Made by a program: the position numbers and the translations under genes. Below the pieces are notes generated by a model. That model did not search any database, was not told the origin of the DNA, and was given only the letters and a program-made list of their open reading frames with translations. Below are positions 47,520 to 56,770 of a DNA stretch of 64,000 nt, piece by piece; position 1 is the first letter of the stretch, and every line of letters starts with the position of its first letter. This stretch comes from an uncultured Actinomycetes bacterium (GTDB lineage: Bacteria > Actinomycetota > Thermoleophilia > Gaiellales > Gaiellaceae), in the NCBI GenBank assembly GCA_963827725.1, contig CAWHBM010000003.1:173087-237086 (forward strand), read 5' to 3'.

Positions 47520-48484
47520 TTCAAAGCGGACTCGACCGCCGGCGTCGGCACCTGGTCGAGGAGCTCCCGGACGATGTCGTCCGAGCGCCGCCGCTCGACC
47601 CAGAGCTCGGGCCTGAGGGAGAGCCGGTGCGCGAGCGCGGGCACCGCGACCGCCTTCACGTCGTCGGGTGTCGCGAAATCACGGCCCGAGAGGGCGGCAC
47701 GGCCGCGGGCAAGCTTGAGCAGGGCCAGCGACCCGCGCGGGCTCGAGCCGACCTGGACGCCGGGAGCGCTCCTCGTCGCGGCGACGAGATCGACGATGTA
47801 GCGGCCGAGGGTCTCCTCCACGTGCACCTGCTCGAGCGACCGCTGCATCTCGAGCAGCGTCTGCCGCTCGGCCACCTCCATGAGCTCGACGTCCTCCTCG
47901 GCCCGCTCGAGCCGCCGCTCCAGCATCTCCCACTCGTGGTCCCGGGAGGGGTAGCCGACGCCCATCCGCAGCACGAAACGGTCGAGCTGGGCCTCCGGCA
48001 ACGGATAGGTGCCCTCGTACTCGATCGGGTTCTGGGTGGCGAGGACGATGAACGGCGGCTCGAGGATGTGCGTGGTGCCCTCGATCGTCACCTGGCGCTC
48101 CTGCATCGCCTCCAGCAGCGCCGCCTGGGTCTTCGGCGGCGCGCGGTTGATCTCGTCGCCGAGCAAGAGGTTGCCGAAGATCGGCCCCGGCCTGAACTCG
48201 AAGTCGCTCCGCTGCTGGTTGTAGATCGACGAGCCGGTGACGTCGGCCGGCATCAGGTCTGGGGTGAACTGGATGCGTGAGAACTTCATCCCTGTCACGC
48301 GGGCGAAGGAACGCGCGATCAGGGTCTTCGCGAGGCCCGGAAAGTCCTCGATCAGGACATGGCCGTCGGCGAGGATCCCCAGGAGCACGAGCTCGAGCGC
48401 CTCTCGCTTGCCGACGATCGCTCGCTCGACCTCCGCGAGGATCCGGTCAGCTTGCACGTTCAGCTCTTCGATGGTCATTGCCAC
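47516..48484 (-). CDS. MoxR-family AAA+ ATPase
   Basis: EDFPGLAKT Walker A-like, LLGDEINRAPPKTQAALLEAMQE and ATQNPIEYEGTYPLPEAQLDRF. Confidence 0.9.
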   Translation of the reverse strand: MAMTIEELNVQADRILAEVERAIVGKREALELVLLGILADGHVLIEDFPGLAKTLIARSFARVTGMKFSRIQFTPDLMPADVTGSSIYNQQRSDFEFRPGPIFGNLLLGDEINRAPPKTQAALLEAMQERQVTIEGTTHILEPPFIVLATQNPIEYEGTYPLPEAQLDRFVLRMGVGYPSRDHEWEMLERRLERAEEDVELMEVAERQTLLEMQRSLEQVHVEETLGRYIVDLVAATRSAPGVQVGSSPRGSLALLKLARGRAALSGRDFATPDDVKAVAVPALAHRLSLRPELWVERRRSDDIVRELLDQVPTPAVESALK

Positions 48485-48488
48485 GTGA

Positions 48489-49003
48489 TTAGAGACGTTC
48501 GAGGATCTCGACTGATTGGCGGAGCTCGGCGAAGCCGGGCCCCGGCGCCTGCCGATCGCTGGGCCGCTCGCGGTCCGGCCTCACGAGCTGCCACAGATCG
48601 TCTCCGAGGAGCTCTCGGACGGCTTCGCTCCCCGAGTCGAGCCTGAGGCCGCGGCGCTCGAGCCGGGAGAGGGCGATCTCGCGGACGACGGGGCGCAGCC
48701 GGTAGTGGAGGTCGAAGTCGCGCGAGGCGCCCAGGTTGAGCTCGCGCTCGAGACGGTCGAGCTCCGGGATGCGCTGGAGCTCCGGCGTCCGTGGCTCGAG
48801 CGCGGCGGCGAGCCGCGACACGCCTTCGCTCCGGACGAGCTGGCGCTGCCACGAGACCATCGCCAGGAGCGCCAGGGCACCGAGCACGAGCACGTAGATG
48901 TCGAGCTCGATCTCGTGCCGCCCCGGCGCAATGCTGCGCGCGGCCAGGAGCCCGAACGTGGCGAGCAGGGCGCCGAGCGCCCAACTGGTGGCGTGCCCTC
49001 TCA
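48489..49003 (-). CDS. two-TM protein of the MoxR operon (hypothetical)
   Basis: The track ORF starts at GTG 48893. High-GC3 (33/35 codons) hydrophobic coding, SWALGALLATFGLLAA, continues up to CTG 49003 (GGAGG-N7-CTG, CTGA overlap with the upstream stop). Confidence 0.5.
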
Positions 49004-49876
49004 GCGCGCCGCCTCCAGCTCGGCCCGCAGCCCGGAGAGCGCGTCGATCGCGTCGTCCTTCATGCCCGCGTCGATCTCGTGCGGGCTGAAGCGGGCGCGT
49101 TGGAAGAGCTGGGTGAGGGCCAGAACCGAGTGGCCGCTCGCCTGAACGACGTCGAGCACGCGTGCGAGGTACTCGAGCGGCGCCTCGGTCTCCAGCTTCG
49201 GGAGCCCCGTGGCTGCGAGCGTCCGCTCCATCCTCGCGTACGCGCGGATCACGGCTCGGCGTGGATCGAGTTCCCGGCGGAGATCGTCGAGCGTCTCGGC
49301 GAGCACCTCCGAGAGAGCCTCGACGACTGGGGCATTCTGAAGCTCCTGGCGCTTCCGCCGTACCGCGAAGACGGCCATCGCGCCGCCGATCCCGAGGATG
49401 AGCGAGCCGACCACGAACACGGGCACCCAGCGGAACTGGGGCTCGTACGAGTCCGGGCGCGCGGGTGCCGCGGTCTTCTCCTCGGGTTTGGGCTTCGCCG
49501 GCTGCGCGGCGGCCTTCCCGTCGTCTTTCCGCTCGTCCCGGCTGAGCAGGTCAGCCCACGGGCCCTGCGTGACGATGATCAGAGCCACGGCAAAGGCGAC
49601 GAGGCCCAGCACCGTTGAGCTCCTGCGGCTGCCTTTGTCCTTCTTCGTGTGCTGCACGCGGCCCGCGGCGAGCAGGAAGATGACGAGGATTGCTCCGAGC
49701 GGCATGAGAAGCGCAAGCGCCGTCGCCAGATAGTCGGTCACGAGGTCGGGCGCATCGGCGCTCGGCCTGCTCTCGCCCGCGCCGGGTGCGTGCCCGGCCG
49801 CCGCAACGGCCACGACGCCGACGAGCCCGAGCAACCCGCCGACAGCAGCCATCGTGCGCCAGGACCGCTGCCTCAT
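49001..49876 (-). CDS. DUF4129-like membrane protein
   Basis: TM helices plus a C-terminal ...EAPLEYLARVL...LTQLFQRARFSPHEID region typical of DUF4129 next to MoxR/DUF58. Confidence 0.6.
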   Translation of the reverse strand: MRQRSWRTMAAVGGLLGLVGVVAVAAAGHAPGAGESRPSADAPDLVTDYLATALALLMPLGAILVIFLLAAGRVQHTKKDKGSRRSSTVLGLVAFAVALIIVTQGPWADLLSRDERKDDGKAAAQPAKPKPEEKTAAPARPDSYEPQFRWVPVFVVGSLILGIGGAMAVFAVRRKRQELQNAPVVEALSEVLAETLDDLRRELDPRRAVIRAYARMERTLAATGLPKLETEAPLEYLARVLDVVQASGHSVLALTQLFQRARFSPHEIDAGMKDDAIDALSGLRAELEAAR

Positions 49877-49885
49877 AACGGAACC

Positions 49886-50752
49886 CTAGATGAGTACGAG
49901 CGCGGCGCCCCGCTCAGCCTCGAAAATGGCGGAGGTGGCGTCTCCCAGGTCCTCCCCGTCGGCCTGCAGGGGCATGGGCCTGTCACAGACGATCTCGATG
50001 CGGTCGAGATCGTGGCCATAGACGATGTCGCGTGCCCCCGGCTGACCGCGGCCGAGGACGGCGTACGCAAGCAGCCGAGGCATCGACATCGGCGAGACGG
50101 CGCGCGGCGCGACGAGGTCGATGCCGAGCTCGAACTGCGCTTCCGGCGCGATGCGGATCGGGACCGGCCCGGCGAAGGTGTACGGATCCCCGTTCGCGAC
50201 GAGAGCGAACGCCGCTCGGCCGCGTCCCAGGATCTCGAGGGCAGGCTCAAATCGGCCCCGATGCTCGGCGAGCAGGCGCGTGAACTCCCACGCGAAGACG
50301 AGGTTGCCCGCGCGGGCGCCGTCTTCCCCCCGTCCGCGCGCCTCGAGGCGACGGACCGCCTCGGCGTCGATGCCGATGCCCGCGGCGAACCCGAACCGCC
50401 GTCCGTTGACCCGCCCGAGCGAGATTCTCCGCGTGCGGCCGGCGACGAAGCGCTCGGCAGCGCGGACGGGGTCTCCCGGAAGGCCGAGCGCGCGAGGAAG
50501 CACGTTCGCGCCGCCGCCCGGGAGGAACCCGACCGGCGTCTCTCGGTCGATCCCGTTCAGGACCTCGTTGAAGCCCCCGTCTCCGGAGAAGACGTAGACG
50601 GCGTCGGCGCCACGGGCCTGGCGTGCTAGCTCGGTGGCGTGACCGCGGTGCTCGGTGCGGCGAACGCCGACATCGCCGAGCACTCGGGTCACCTGCTCGA
50701 TGCGCTCGTCGGTAACGCCGCTCGCGTAGGGATTGACGATCAGGAGCCGCAT
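49886..50752 (-). CDS. diacylglycerol kinase-family lipid kinase (YegS/BmrU type)
   Basis: VFSGDGGFNEV and LPGGGANV motifs. Confidence 0.8.
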   Translation of the reverse strand: MRLLIVNPYASGVTDERIEQVTRVLGDVGVRRTEHRGHATELARQARGADAVYVFSGDGGFNEVLNGIDRETPVGFLPGGGANVLPRALGLPGDPVRAAERFVAGRTRRISLGRVNGRRFGFAAGIGIDAEAVRRLEARGRGEDGARAGNLVFAWEFTRLLAEHRGRFEPALEILGRGRAAFALVANGDPYTFAGPVPIRIAPEAQFELGIDLVAPRAVSPMSMPRLLAYAVLGRGQPGARDIVYGHDLDRIEIVCDRPMPLQADGEDLGDATSAIFEAERGAALVLI

Positions 50753-50758
50753 GACCTT

Positions 50759-51262
50759 CTAGGAGTTGACGAGCAGCGTCAGCGTGACCGCGTCGGGGCA
50801 GTTCAGGATCCCGTTCACCTTCCACTTGCCGCGGATCCGCTCGCCGAGGAACAGGGCTTCGGCTTCGTCCTGTTCCGCATCGCCCGCTCCGAGCTGATAG
50901 CCGGCGGCGGGAAGCTTGGTCACGTAGAAGTCCACCGCGCTGCGAAATTTGAGCGGAATCACGCCCGTGACGAGCGTCCCCCGCTGCGGCAGGTTCGCTC
51001 GGGACGTGAGCACCGTTCCGGGAGGAAGCAGGTTGGCCGGCACCGCATCGGGTCGATCCACCGACTTGATCGGGCCTGCACAGGCAGGGCCCTGGACGTC
51101 TTTCGTCTGCGCTGAGCCGCCGTCGCCGCCACGGCCGGCTGCGATCCCGATCACCACCACGGCGAGTGCGGCGAGGAAGATCCCGGCGAGAGCCCGAGGC
51201 CCGAATCGACCGCGCAGGGAGAGCCGGTTTTCGCCGGCCCTCCCTGTCGGTTCCTCAGTCAT
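50759..51262 (-). CDS. membrane-anchored hypothetical protein
   Basis: 167 aa with one N-terminal TM helix. ATGA-type overlap with the upstream BNR gene. Confidence 0.45.
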   Translation of the reverse strand: MTEEPTGRAGENRLSLRGRFGPRALAGIFLAALAVVVIGIAAGRGGDGGSAQTKDVQGPACAGPIKSVDRPDAVPANLLPPGTVLTSRANLPQRGTLVTGVIPLKFRSAVDFYVTKLPAAGYQLGAGDAEQDEAEALFLGERIRGKWKVNGILNCPDAVTLTLLVNS

Positions 51263-54099
51263 TCGTGAAGTTGGATGTTGCCACTCCTCAGCGTTCCGCT
51301 TCGCGAGTAGCCGTCTGTCAGCGAGATGCTGAAGACGTCGGCGCTGCCCGGCTCACCGTTGTCGATCACCTCAACCGTGAATGTGACCATGTGTCCGTTG
51401 TTCGTCCCTTCGCCGCGAATTGTCGCGCTGTCAGAAGCGAAGTTGCAGCTCACCTCGGTCAGGCGGGTCGAGCGGAAGTCGGCAGCGGCGCCGTCGCGGT
51501 ACTGCACCTTCCCCTTCAGGTTCTGGTGCGGGTTCAGGCTGAACTGGCCCTCACTTCCTGGACCCGTGGAGATCGTGCCACCCCCAGTCACCCTGCAGCC
51601 ACCACCGCCGCCCCCAGGGGGAGGCGGCGGCTGTCCTCCGCCGGCGAGGCCGAAGTCGAAGGACGGCGTGGCGTCCACGTCGGCGTAGATGTCCGAGATT
51701 TCGCCGCCGAGATTCCCCCGACCGGCGCTGAGCGCCGTCACGTTGTAGATCGTGTTGCCGAAGATCGGCCTGTTCGGACCAAAGCCACCCTGCACGGGCA
51801 CGTCAATCGTGATCACGTTGCCGCTGACGCTGCCTGTCGCGGCAACCTCGCTCGGGTACTGGAGGATCTTGCAGTTCTCAGGCGTCGTCGGGGTGCAGCC
51901 GTTCCCGGGAACCGCGTCGATCGCCGACTTACCGCTACCGGCGAAGAACGTTGGTGCGCCGAAGCCTGCCGCCGATTCTGCGCCGACGTAGAAGATCCGG
52001 TACGACTCCTCGCCCTCGTCGCCGAGCGAGAGCGCCTGGAAGCGAGTGAGCCAGACGTTGCTCGTCTCGCCGGCCGGCACCGGACCGGTCGGCGGGGCCG
52101 CGAGTGTCATTTTCACGCGCAGAGTCCCCGTGTTCGGCTTGCTCAGCTCGAGCCTCGTGAAGTCGAGGTGGGGCTGGCTTGTGCCGGTGCCCAGGGGCGA
52201 GTAGTGCGGCGATTGTGCGTCGCCGGTCGGATCGGGCACCGGGCTCCTCGGAACCTGCTTGGAGATCGTCCCTCCGGTTGCGCTCGGCCCCCCGGTCTGG
52301 CGCACTTCGAACACGTGAGCCCCGTGATGCTGGCTCGTCGTGTCGTTGAAGACGATGCGCATGCTGCCGTCGAGGTCCAGATAGAGCGAGAAGTAGTCCG
52401 CCATGGTGCGGTCGCCCCCGGACACGGTGCAGAAGAGGCCCTGGTTGCAGATCTGGCCGTAGTGGGACGGCTGATCAGTGAACTTCGTCTGCGAGTAGTT
52501 CGGGGATCCGCTCGTTGCGTTTCGGATGACCGACGCGTAGCCGAACCACTTGAACTGGGTGGCCGCCTGACGGTTGTTGTACCAGGACGGCATGAAATCG
52601 CTGTCGAGGTGCGAGCTGTTGCCGAGCCATGCGACGGCGAGCGTGCCGGGGGCTCCGCCCTGCGCCCACATGAACTCGTTGGAGTTCGCGTCGTTCCCGT
52701 TGATCTGGCGCGCCGGGCCCCAGGTCTGGCCTTCGTTCGTCGAGGCCGCGTAGTAGACGTTGTGGTCGGTCTCGTCGATCCACACCGCATACAGGTTCCC
52801 CGCGGAGTCAGTGGCGACCGACGGGAAGATGTCCCCGACAGGCCCGCCGCCGGGCGATGCCGGCGCCTGCACGTTTGTATAGACGATGCCCGTGCGCTGG
52901 CCCGGATTGACGTGGCCCACGGTGATCTCGACGTGATTCCCCTGGTTGCACGGGTAGTAGATGTTTCGGTTGACCGGGTCGAAGCGCATCTGGCCGCAGG
53001 GCGCGCCCGTTGAGACCGGGTTCACCAAGTCCGCGGACGAATTCAGATAAAGGACGCCCCCGCCTGCGTCGTTGGGGTCGTCTGCGCCCGGCGTCGAGTA
53101 GATGAACGAGCCTCGCGGCGTCTGCCGGTAGGCGAGGAAGACCGTGTTGTTGTCCGGCCCACTATCCGTTCCGTTGTCCACGGCGAACCACTGCCGGTCG
53201 ACGACGGTGTCGTGGACGCACGCCTGGTTCGTCGTCCAGTTGTTGCCGTCGTCCTCGCTGACCGCGCAGCTGAGCTCCGCGAGCCCCTCGAGGTCGACGA
53301 AGTACGCGTCGTCCTGGTCGTCTACGACAACGTCGGTGTCTCCACCGCCCGGCGGCGCGTTGGGGCGCAGCCCGGCGAAGCTGACGATGTTGAACTGGTT
53401 GCCGCCGTCGGTGGAGCGATGCACCCATGACTGCCCCGTGCTGAAGCCGTACGGGCCCGAGTCCCAGTAGTTGCCGTCGTTGTCGATGTAGTTCAGAGGC
53501 TCGCCCTCGGTCCGCTGAGCGTCGACGATCGTCGCCGGCGGTGAGAATGCAAGCCCGTTCGTGCTCCGCACGGGGTTCGGCGCCGGACCGCCGGCTTGCG
53601 AGACGAAGGTCGCGGTCCCGTTGTACTGCGCGGTGGGTGAGGCGATCAGAAACGGGACGACCCGCACTTCGTAGGGGCTGCCCGCGCTGCTCGCGTTCTG
53701 GATGAAAGCCCGCTCCGACGCAGTGCCGCCGGACGCTGAGGACCCAACCAGCGTGCCGTTGACGTCGTACACGAAGAGGTCGAAATCGTCGTCAGGAGAT
53801 GTCCATTCGATCAGGACGTCAGCGCCGCCCGTGTTCGTGTCCCAGTAGGTCGACGGAACATTGACCGTCAAGAGGAAGTGGTCGCAGAGCACATTCCCCG
53901 GGTCGATCGCAGGTGGGCAGGCGTCGGGAACAGCGACCGAGTGCCCCACTGCATACGGCTGCCCCGCCCACGGGAATGACGTGCCGTTGGGAGGACCGAT
54001 GGAGCCGGCAGGCGGTGATGCCGCCGGCGAGGATGCGGCTCCGACCGCAAGCACTGCAACAAACGCGAACAGAGCCGAGACGCGCGCGAAGACCTTCAT
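51259..54099 (-). CDS. large secreted BNR/Asp-box (sialidase-fold-like) protein with N-terminal PPC-like domain and C-terminal beta-sandwich ending GNIQLHE
   Basis: GGGAGGG RBS and a signal peptide. DDDFDLFVYD (pre-peptidase C-terminal-like). Asp-boxes STDGGNQF, SEDDGNNW and STNEGQTW. PPPPPGGGGGG linker before the last ~110-aa domain. Confidence 0.65.
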   Translation of the reverse strand: MKVFARVSALFAFVAVLAVGAASSPAASPPAGSIGPPNGTSFPWAGQPYAVGHSVAVPDACPPAIDPGNVLCDHFLLTVNVPSTYWDTNTGGADVLIEWTSPDDDFDLFVYDVNGTLVGSSASGGTASERAFIQNASSAGSPYEVRVVPFLIASPTAQYNGTATFVSQAGGPAPNPVRSTNGLAFSPPATIVDAQRTEGEPLNYIDNDGNYWDSGPYGFSTGQSWVHRSTDGGNQFNIVSFAGLRPNAPPGGGDTDVVVDDQDDAYFVDLEGLAELSCAVSEDDGNNWTTNQACVHDTVVDRQWFAVDNGTDSGPDNNTVFLAYRQTPRGSFIYSTPGADDPNDAGGGVLYLNSSADLVNPVSTGAPCGQMRFDPVNRNIYYPCNQGNHVEITVGHVNPGQRTGIVYTNVQAPASPGGGPVGDIFPSVATDSAGNLYAVWIDETDHNVYYAASTNEGQTWGPARQINGNDANSNEFMWAQGGAPGTLAVAWLGNSSHLDSDFMPSWYNNRQAATQFKWFGYASVIRNATSGSPNYSQTKFTDQPSHYGQICNQGLFCTVSGGDRTMADYFSLYLDLDGSMRIVFNDTTSQHHGAHVFEVRQTGGPSATGGTISKQVPRSPVPDPTGDAQSPHYSPLGTGTSQPHLDFTRLELSKPNTGTLRVKMTLAAPPTGPVPAGETSNVWLTRFQALSLGDEGEESYRIFYVGAESAAGFGAPTFFAGSGKSAIDAVPGNGCTPTTPENCKILQYPSEVAATGSVSGNVITIDVPVQGGFGPNRPIFGNTIYNVTALSAGRGNLGGEISDIYADVDATPSFDFGLAGGGQPPPPPGGGGGGCRVTGGGTISTGPGSEGQFSLNPHQNLKGKVQYRDGAAADFRSTRLTEVSCNFASDSATIRGEGTNNGHMVTFTVEVIDNGEPGSADVFSISLTDGYSRSGTLRSGNIQLHE

Positions 54100-54280
54100 G
54101 TGTGCCCTCCCTGGGGATCGTTAGACCGAGGGGAATTACGTACCTGGAACGGCGGAAGTATGCGGAGAGTTACGCAAAAATGCAAGCATCGATTTTCTAT
54201 TCGATATACGTCGTATCAAGACGTGTTCTTTGCCGTATGACTGACAAGTCAATCGCGACGCAAAATTCTGTCCGAATTTA

Positions 54281-54302
54281 CGTGATTGATTCGTCAATCA
54301 CG
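54281..54302. promoter_or_regulatory. perfect 9-4-9 palindrome CGTGATTGA-TTCG-TCAATCACG in an AT-rich island
   Basis: It lies about 45 nt downstream of the TetR stop and about 180 nt upstream of the BNR gene start. Size and symmetry fit a TetR-type operator, but a weak terminator is also possible. Confidence 0.35.
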
Positions 54303-54345
54303 CAGGATCGACGGCGAAAGCTCTCCAAAACTGCCGAAAGCCGTG

Positions 54346-54924
54346 CTAGGTGCCGGGCGTCGAGTACCCGCGCATGCCGTCCACGAGCAACGCGTAGAAG
54401 CGGTCGGCGAGCTCGTCCGTGTCGCGGCCCGGCTGGAGCCACGTGTATGCCCAGTTGGCGGCCGAGAGCGTGAGCAGCGCGGCCGTTGCGTCGTCGAGGT
54501 CTGTGCGGAGGCCGCCGAGCTCACGCCCCTCTCGGAAGAGCGCTCGAACGCGGTCCTCGTAGCGTCTGCGCTCCACCAGGATCTCCTCGCGCCGCTCGCC
54601 CTCGAGGTAGCGCCACTCGCGCATGAACACCGTCGCGACGTCGAGTTGCTCGGCGACCACGCGGAGGTGCCCTCGCAGCGCGAGCCGGATCTTGTCGGTC
54701 GCCGGCACGTCGTCGGGGATCCCGTCGAGCGCGGCGTGGAAGGCATCCGCGCCGTCGCGCATGGTCTCGTAGAGGAGGTCCTCCTTCGACGAGATGTGCG
54801 CGTAGAGCGAGCCCTTCTGGACGCCCATCGCCTTCGCGAGGTCGCCGATGGAAGTGCCGTGGTAGCCCTTCTCGGCGAAGAGCCGCGCGGCCGTGCGCGT
54901 GAGCTCCGAGCGCCTAGTCGCCAT
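54346..54924 (-). CDS. TetR/AcrR-family transcriptional regulator (PaaR-like by context)
   Basis: N-terminal HTH TAARLFAEKGYHGTSIGDLAKAMGVQKGSLYAHISSKEDLL. Confidence 0.85.
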   Translation of the reverse strand: MATRRSELTRTAARLFAEKGYHGTSIGDLAKAMGVQKGSLYAHISSKEDLLYETMRDGADAFHAALDGIPDDVPATDKIRLALRGHLRVVAEQLDVATVFMREWRYLEGERREEILVERRRYEDRVRALFREGRELGGLRTDLDDATAALLTLSAANWAYTWLQPGRDTDELADRFYALLVDGMRGYSTPGT

Positions 54925-54943
54925 CCTCGCGACACTACACCGC

Positions 54944-55561
54944 GTGGAAGTCCACCAGATCGCTCCGGGGCTCTGGTACTGGCTCGCGCCGCATCCTGCG
55001 TGGCGCCCGGACGAAAACTGGCCCGAGGGCGTGCTGTGTGCCTACTACGAGGCGGCGGACGCGGTCGTGCTCTTCGACCCTTTGGTGCCGCGCGGCGAGG
55101 AGGACGAGTTCTGGCGCGCGCTCGACAGAGACGTGGAGCGGTTGGGCCGACCCGTCCGCGTGCTGCTCACGGCGCCGTGGCACGACCGCGACACGACACT
55201 CGTCGTCGAGCGATACGACGCGGACGTCTGGGCGCATCCCGAGGCACTCTGGAAAGGCCCCGTGTTGACGACGACCGACGAGCTCCCAGCGGGCGTCGAG
55301 ACCTTCCTCCCGGACGGGAACGACGAAGGTCAGGCCTTCTTCTTCATCCGCGAGCATCGGACGCTCGTCACCGGCGACATGTTCAGCGGCACGGGCGGCC
55401 GGTTCCACGTCTTCGTCTCCGAGGAAGACCATCGGGAGGCGTTCCTCGTGTCTCTGACGGCGTTGCTGGCACTCCCGATCGAGCGCGTCCTGATCGCGCA
55501 CGGCGAACCGGTGTTGACCGATGGCGCCGCGCGGATTCGCGAGGCGCTAGAATCTAGCTAA
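54944..55561 (+). CDS. MBL-fold-like protein with degenerate metal motif
   Basis: GTG 54944. VLLTAPWHDRD sits at the position of THxHxDH. Divergent from TetR with only a ~19-nt gap. Confidence 0.45.
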   Translation: MEVHQIAPGLWYWLAPHPAWRPDENWPEGVLCAYYEAADAVVLFDPLVPRGEEDEFWRALDRDVERLGRPVRVLLTAPWHDRDTTLVVERYDADVWAHPEALWKGPVLTTTDELPAGVETFLPDGNDEGQAFFFIREHRTLVTGDMFSGTGGRFHVFVSEEDHREAFLVSLTALLALPIERVLIAHGEPVLTDGAARIREALESS

Positions 55562-55585
55562 CGATCGTTCGGTAGGAGGCGTGGA

Positions 55586-56482
55586 ATGAGCCAGGAGCAG
55601 GACTTTCTCGAGTACGTGCAGTCCGGCGGCCAGGTCGAGACCGGCGACTGGATGCCCGACGACTACCGGGCGAAGCTGATCAAGTTCATCGAGATGCACG
55701 GCAACTCGGAGCTGATGGGAGTGCTTCCCGAGCGCGAGTGGATCCTCCGCGCGCCGACCCTGCAGCGGAAGCTCGCCCTCACCGCCAAGGTGCAGGACGA
55801 GGTCGGGCACTCGCAGCTCATCTACCGGGTCGTCGAGGACCTCGGCAAGCCTCGGGCGCAGTGCCTCGAGGACCTGATCTCGGGCAAGTCGAAGTTCCAC
55901 AACGTCTTTCACTACCCGACGAAGACCTGGGGTGACGTCGGCGTCATCGCCTGGCTCGTCGACGCCGCGGCGATCATCAGCCAGAAGGCGCTCCTCAAGT
56001 GCTCGTACGCGCCCTACGCGCGGATCATGAAGAAGATCTGCTGGGAGGAGTCGTTCCACATCCTCCACGGGCGCGACGTGATCCTGACGATGATGAACGG
56101 CACCAGCGAGCAGCGTGAGCTCGTCCAGGAGGCGCTCGACCGCTGGTGGGGCCCGCTGATGCAGTTCCACGGGAACCCGATCCCGTCGGAGGAGGACCCG
56201 ATGTACCTCTGGCGGATCAAGAGCCAGGGCAACGGCGAGGCACGCCAGCAGTTCCTCGACGGCTACGTGCCCCAGATCTGGGAGCTCGGCCTGACGGTTC
56301 CGGACCCGAAGCTGCGCAAGAACAAGGACGAGGTCTGGGAGTTCACCGAGCCGGACTGGGACGAGCTGAAGCACGTCGTCACGGGGCACGGGCCGATGAC
56401 CCAGGAGCGGCTCGACCTCCGGCGCACGACGCGGGACGAGACCGAGTGGGTTCGCCGTGCGCTGCTTGCCGAAGCGGCTTAG
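55586..56482 (+). CDS. paaA: 1,2-phenylacetyl-CoA epoxidase subunit A
   Basis: Di-iron ferritin-like motifs QDEVGHSQL and EESFHILHG. 298 aa. Confidence 0.9.
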   Translation: MSQEQDFLEYVQSGGQVETGDWMPDDYRAKLIKFIEMHGNSELMGVLPEREWILRAPTLQRKLALTAKVQDEVGHSQLIYRVVEDLGKPRAQCLEDLISGKSKFHNVFHYPTKTWGDVGVIAWLVDAAAIISQKALLKCSYAPYARIMKKICWEESFHILHGRDVILTMMNGTSEQRELVQEALDRWWGPLMQFHGNPIPSEEDPMYLWRIKSQGNGEARQQFLDGYVPQIWELGLTVPDPKLRKNKDEVWEFTEPDWDELKHVVTGHGPMTQERLDLRRTTRDETEWVRRALLAEAA

Positions 56483-56770
56483 ATGATCTGGGAGGTCTTT
56501 CGCCAGGAGCGCAAGGGGCAGCCCTTTGCGCACGCCGGCTCGGTCGAGGCGCCTGACGCGGCGTACGCCGACGGATACGCGCGCGAGCAGTTCGGCCGCC
56601 GCGGCGAGTCGGTGGCACTGTGGGTCGTCGCACGCGAGAACGTGCACGAGATCGACGAGTTCGTCGACGAGCTCGAGCGCAACTACCACCGCGTCGACGG
56701 CTATCCGCTGAAGGAGAAGCTGAAGGAGGCACGTGAGCGAGCGGGCACAGCTCCTCCTGCCGATCGCTGA
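56483..56770 (+). CDS. paaB: 1,2-phenylacetyl-CoA epoxidase subunit B
   Basis: MIWEVFRQERKGQPFAHAGSV... is a typical PaaB N-terminus. 95 aa. Confidence 0.9.
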   Translation: MIWEVFRQERKGQPFAHAGSVEAPDAAYADGYAREQFGRRGESVALWVVARENVHEIDEFVDELERNYHRVDGYPLKEKLKEARERAGTAPPADR

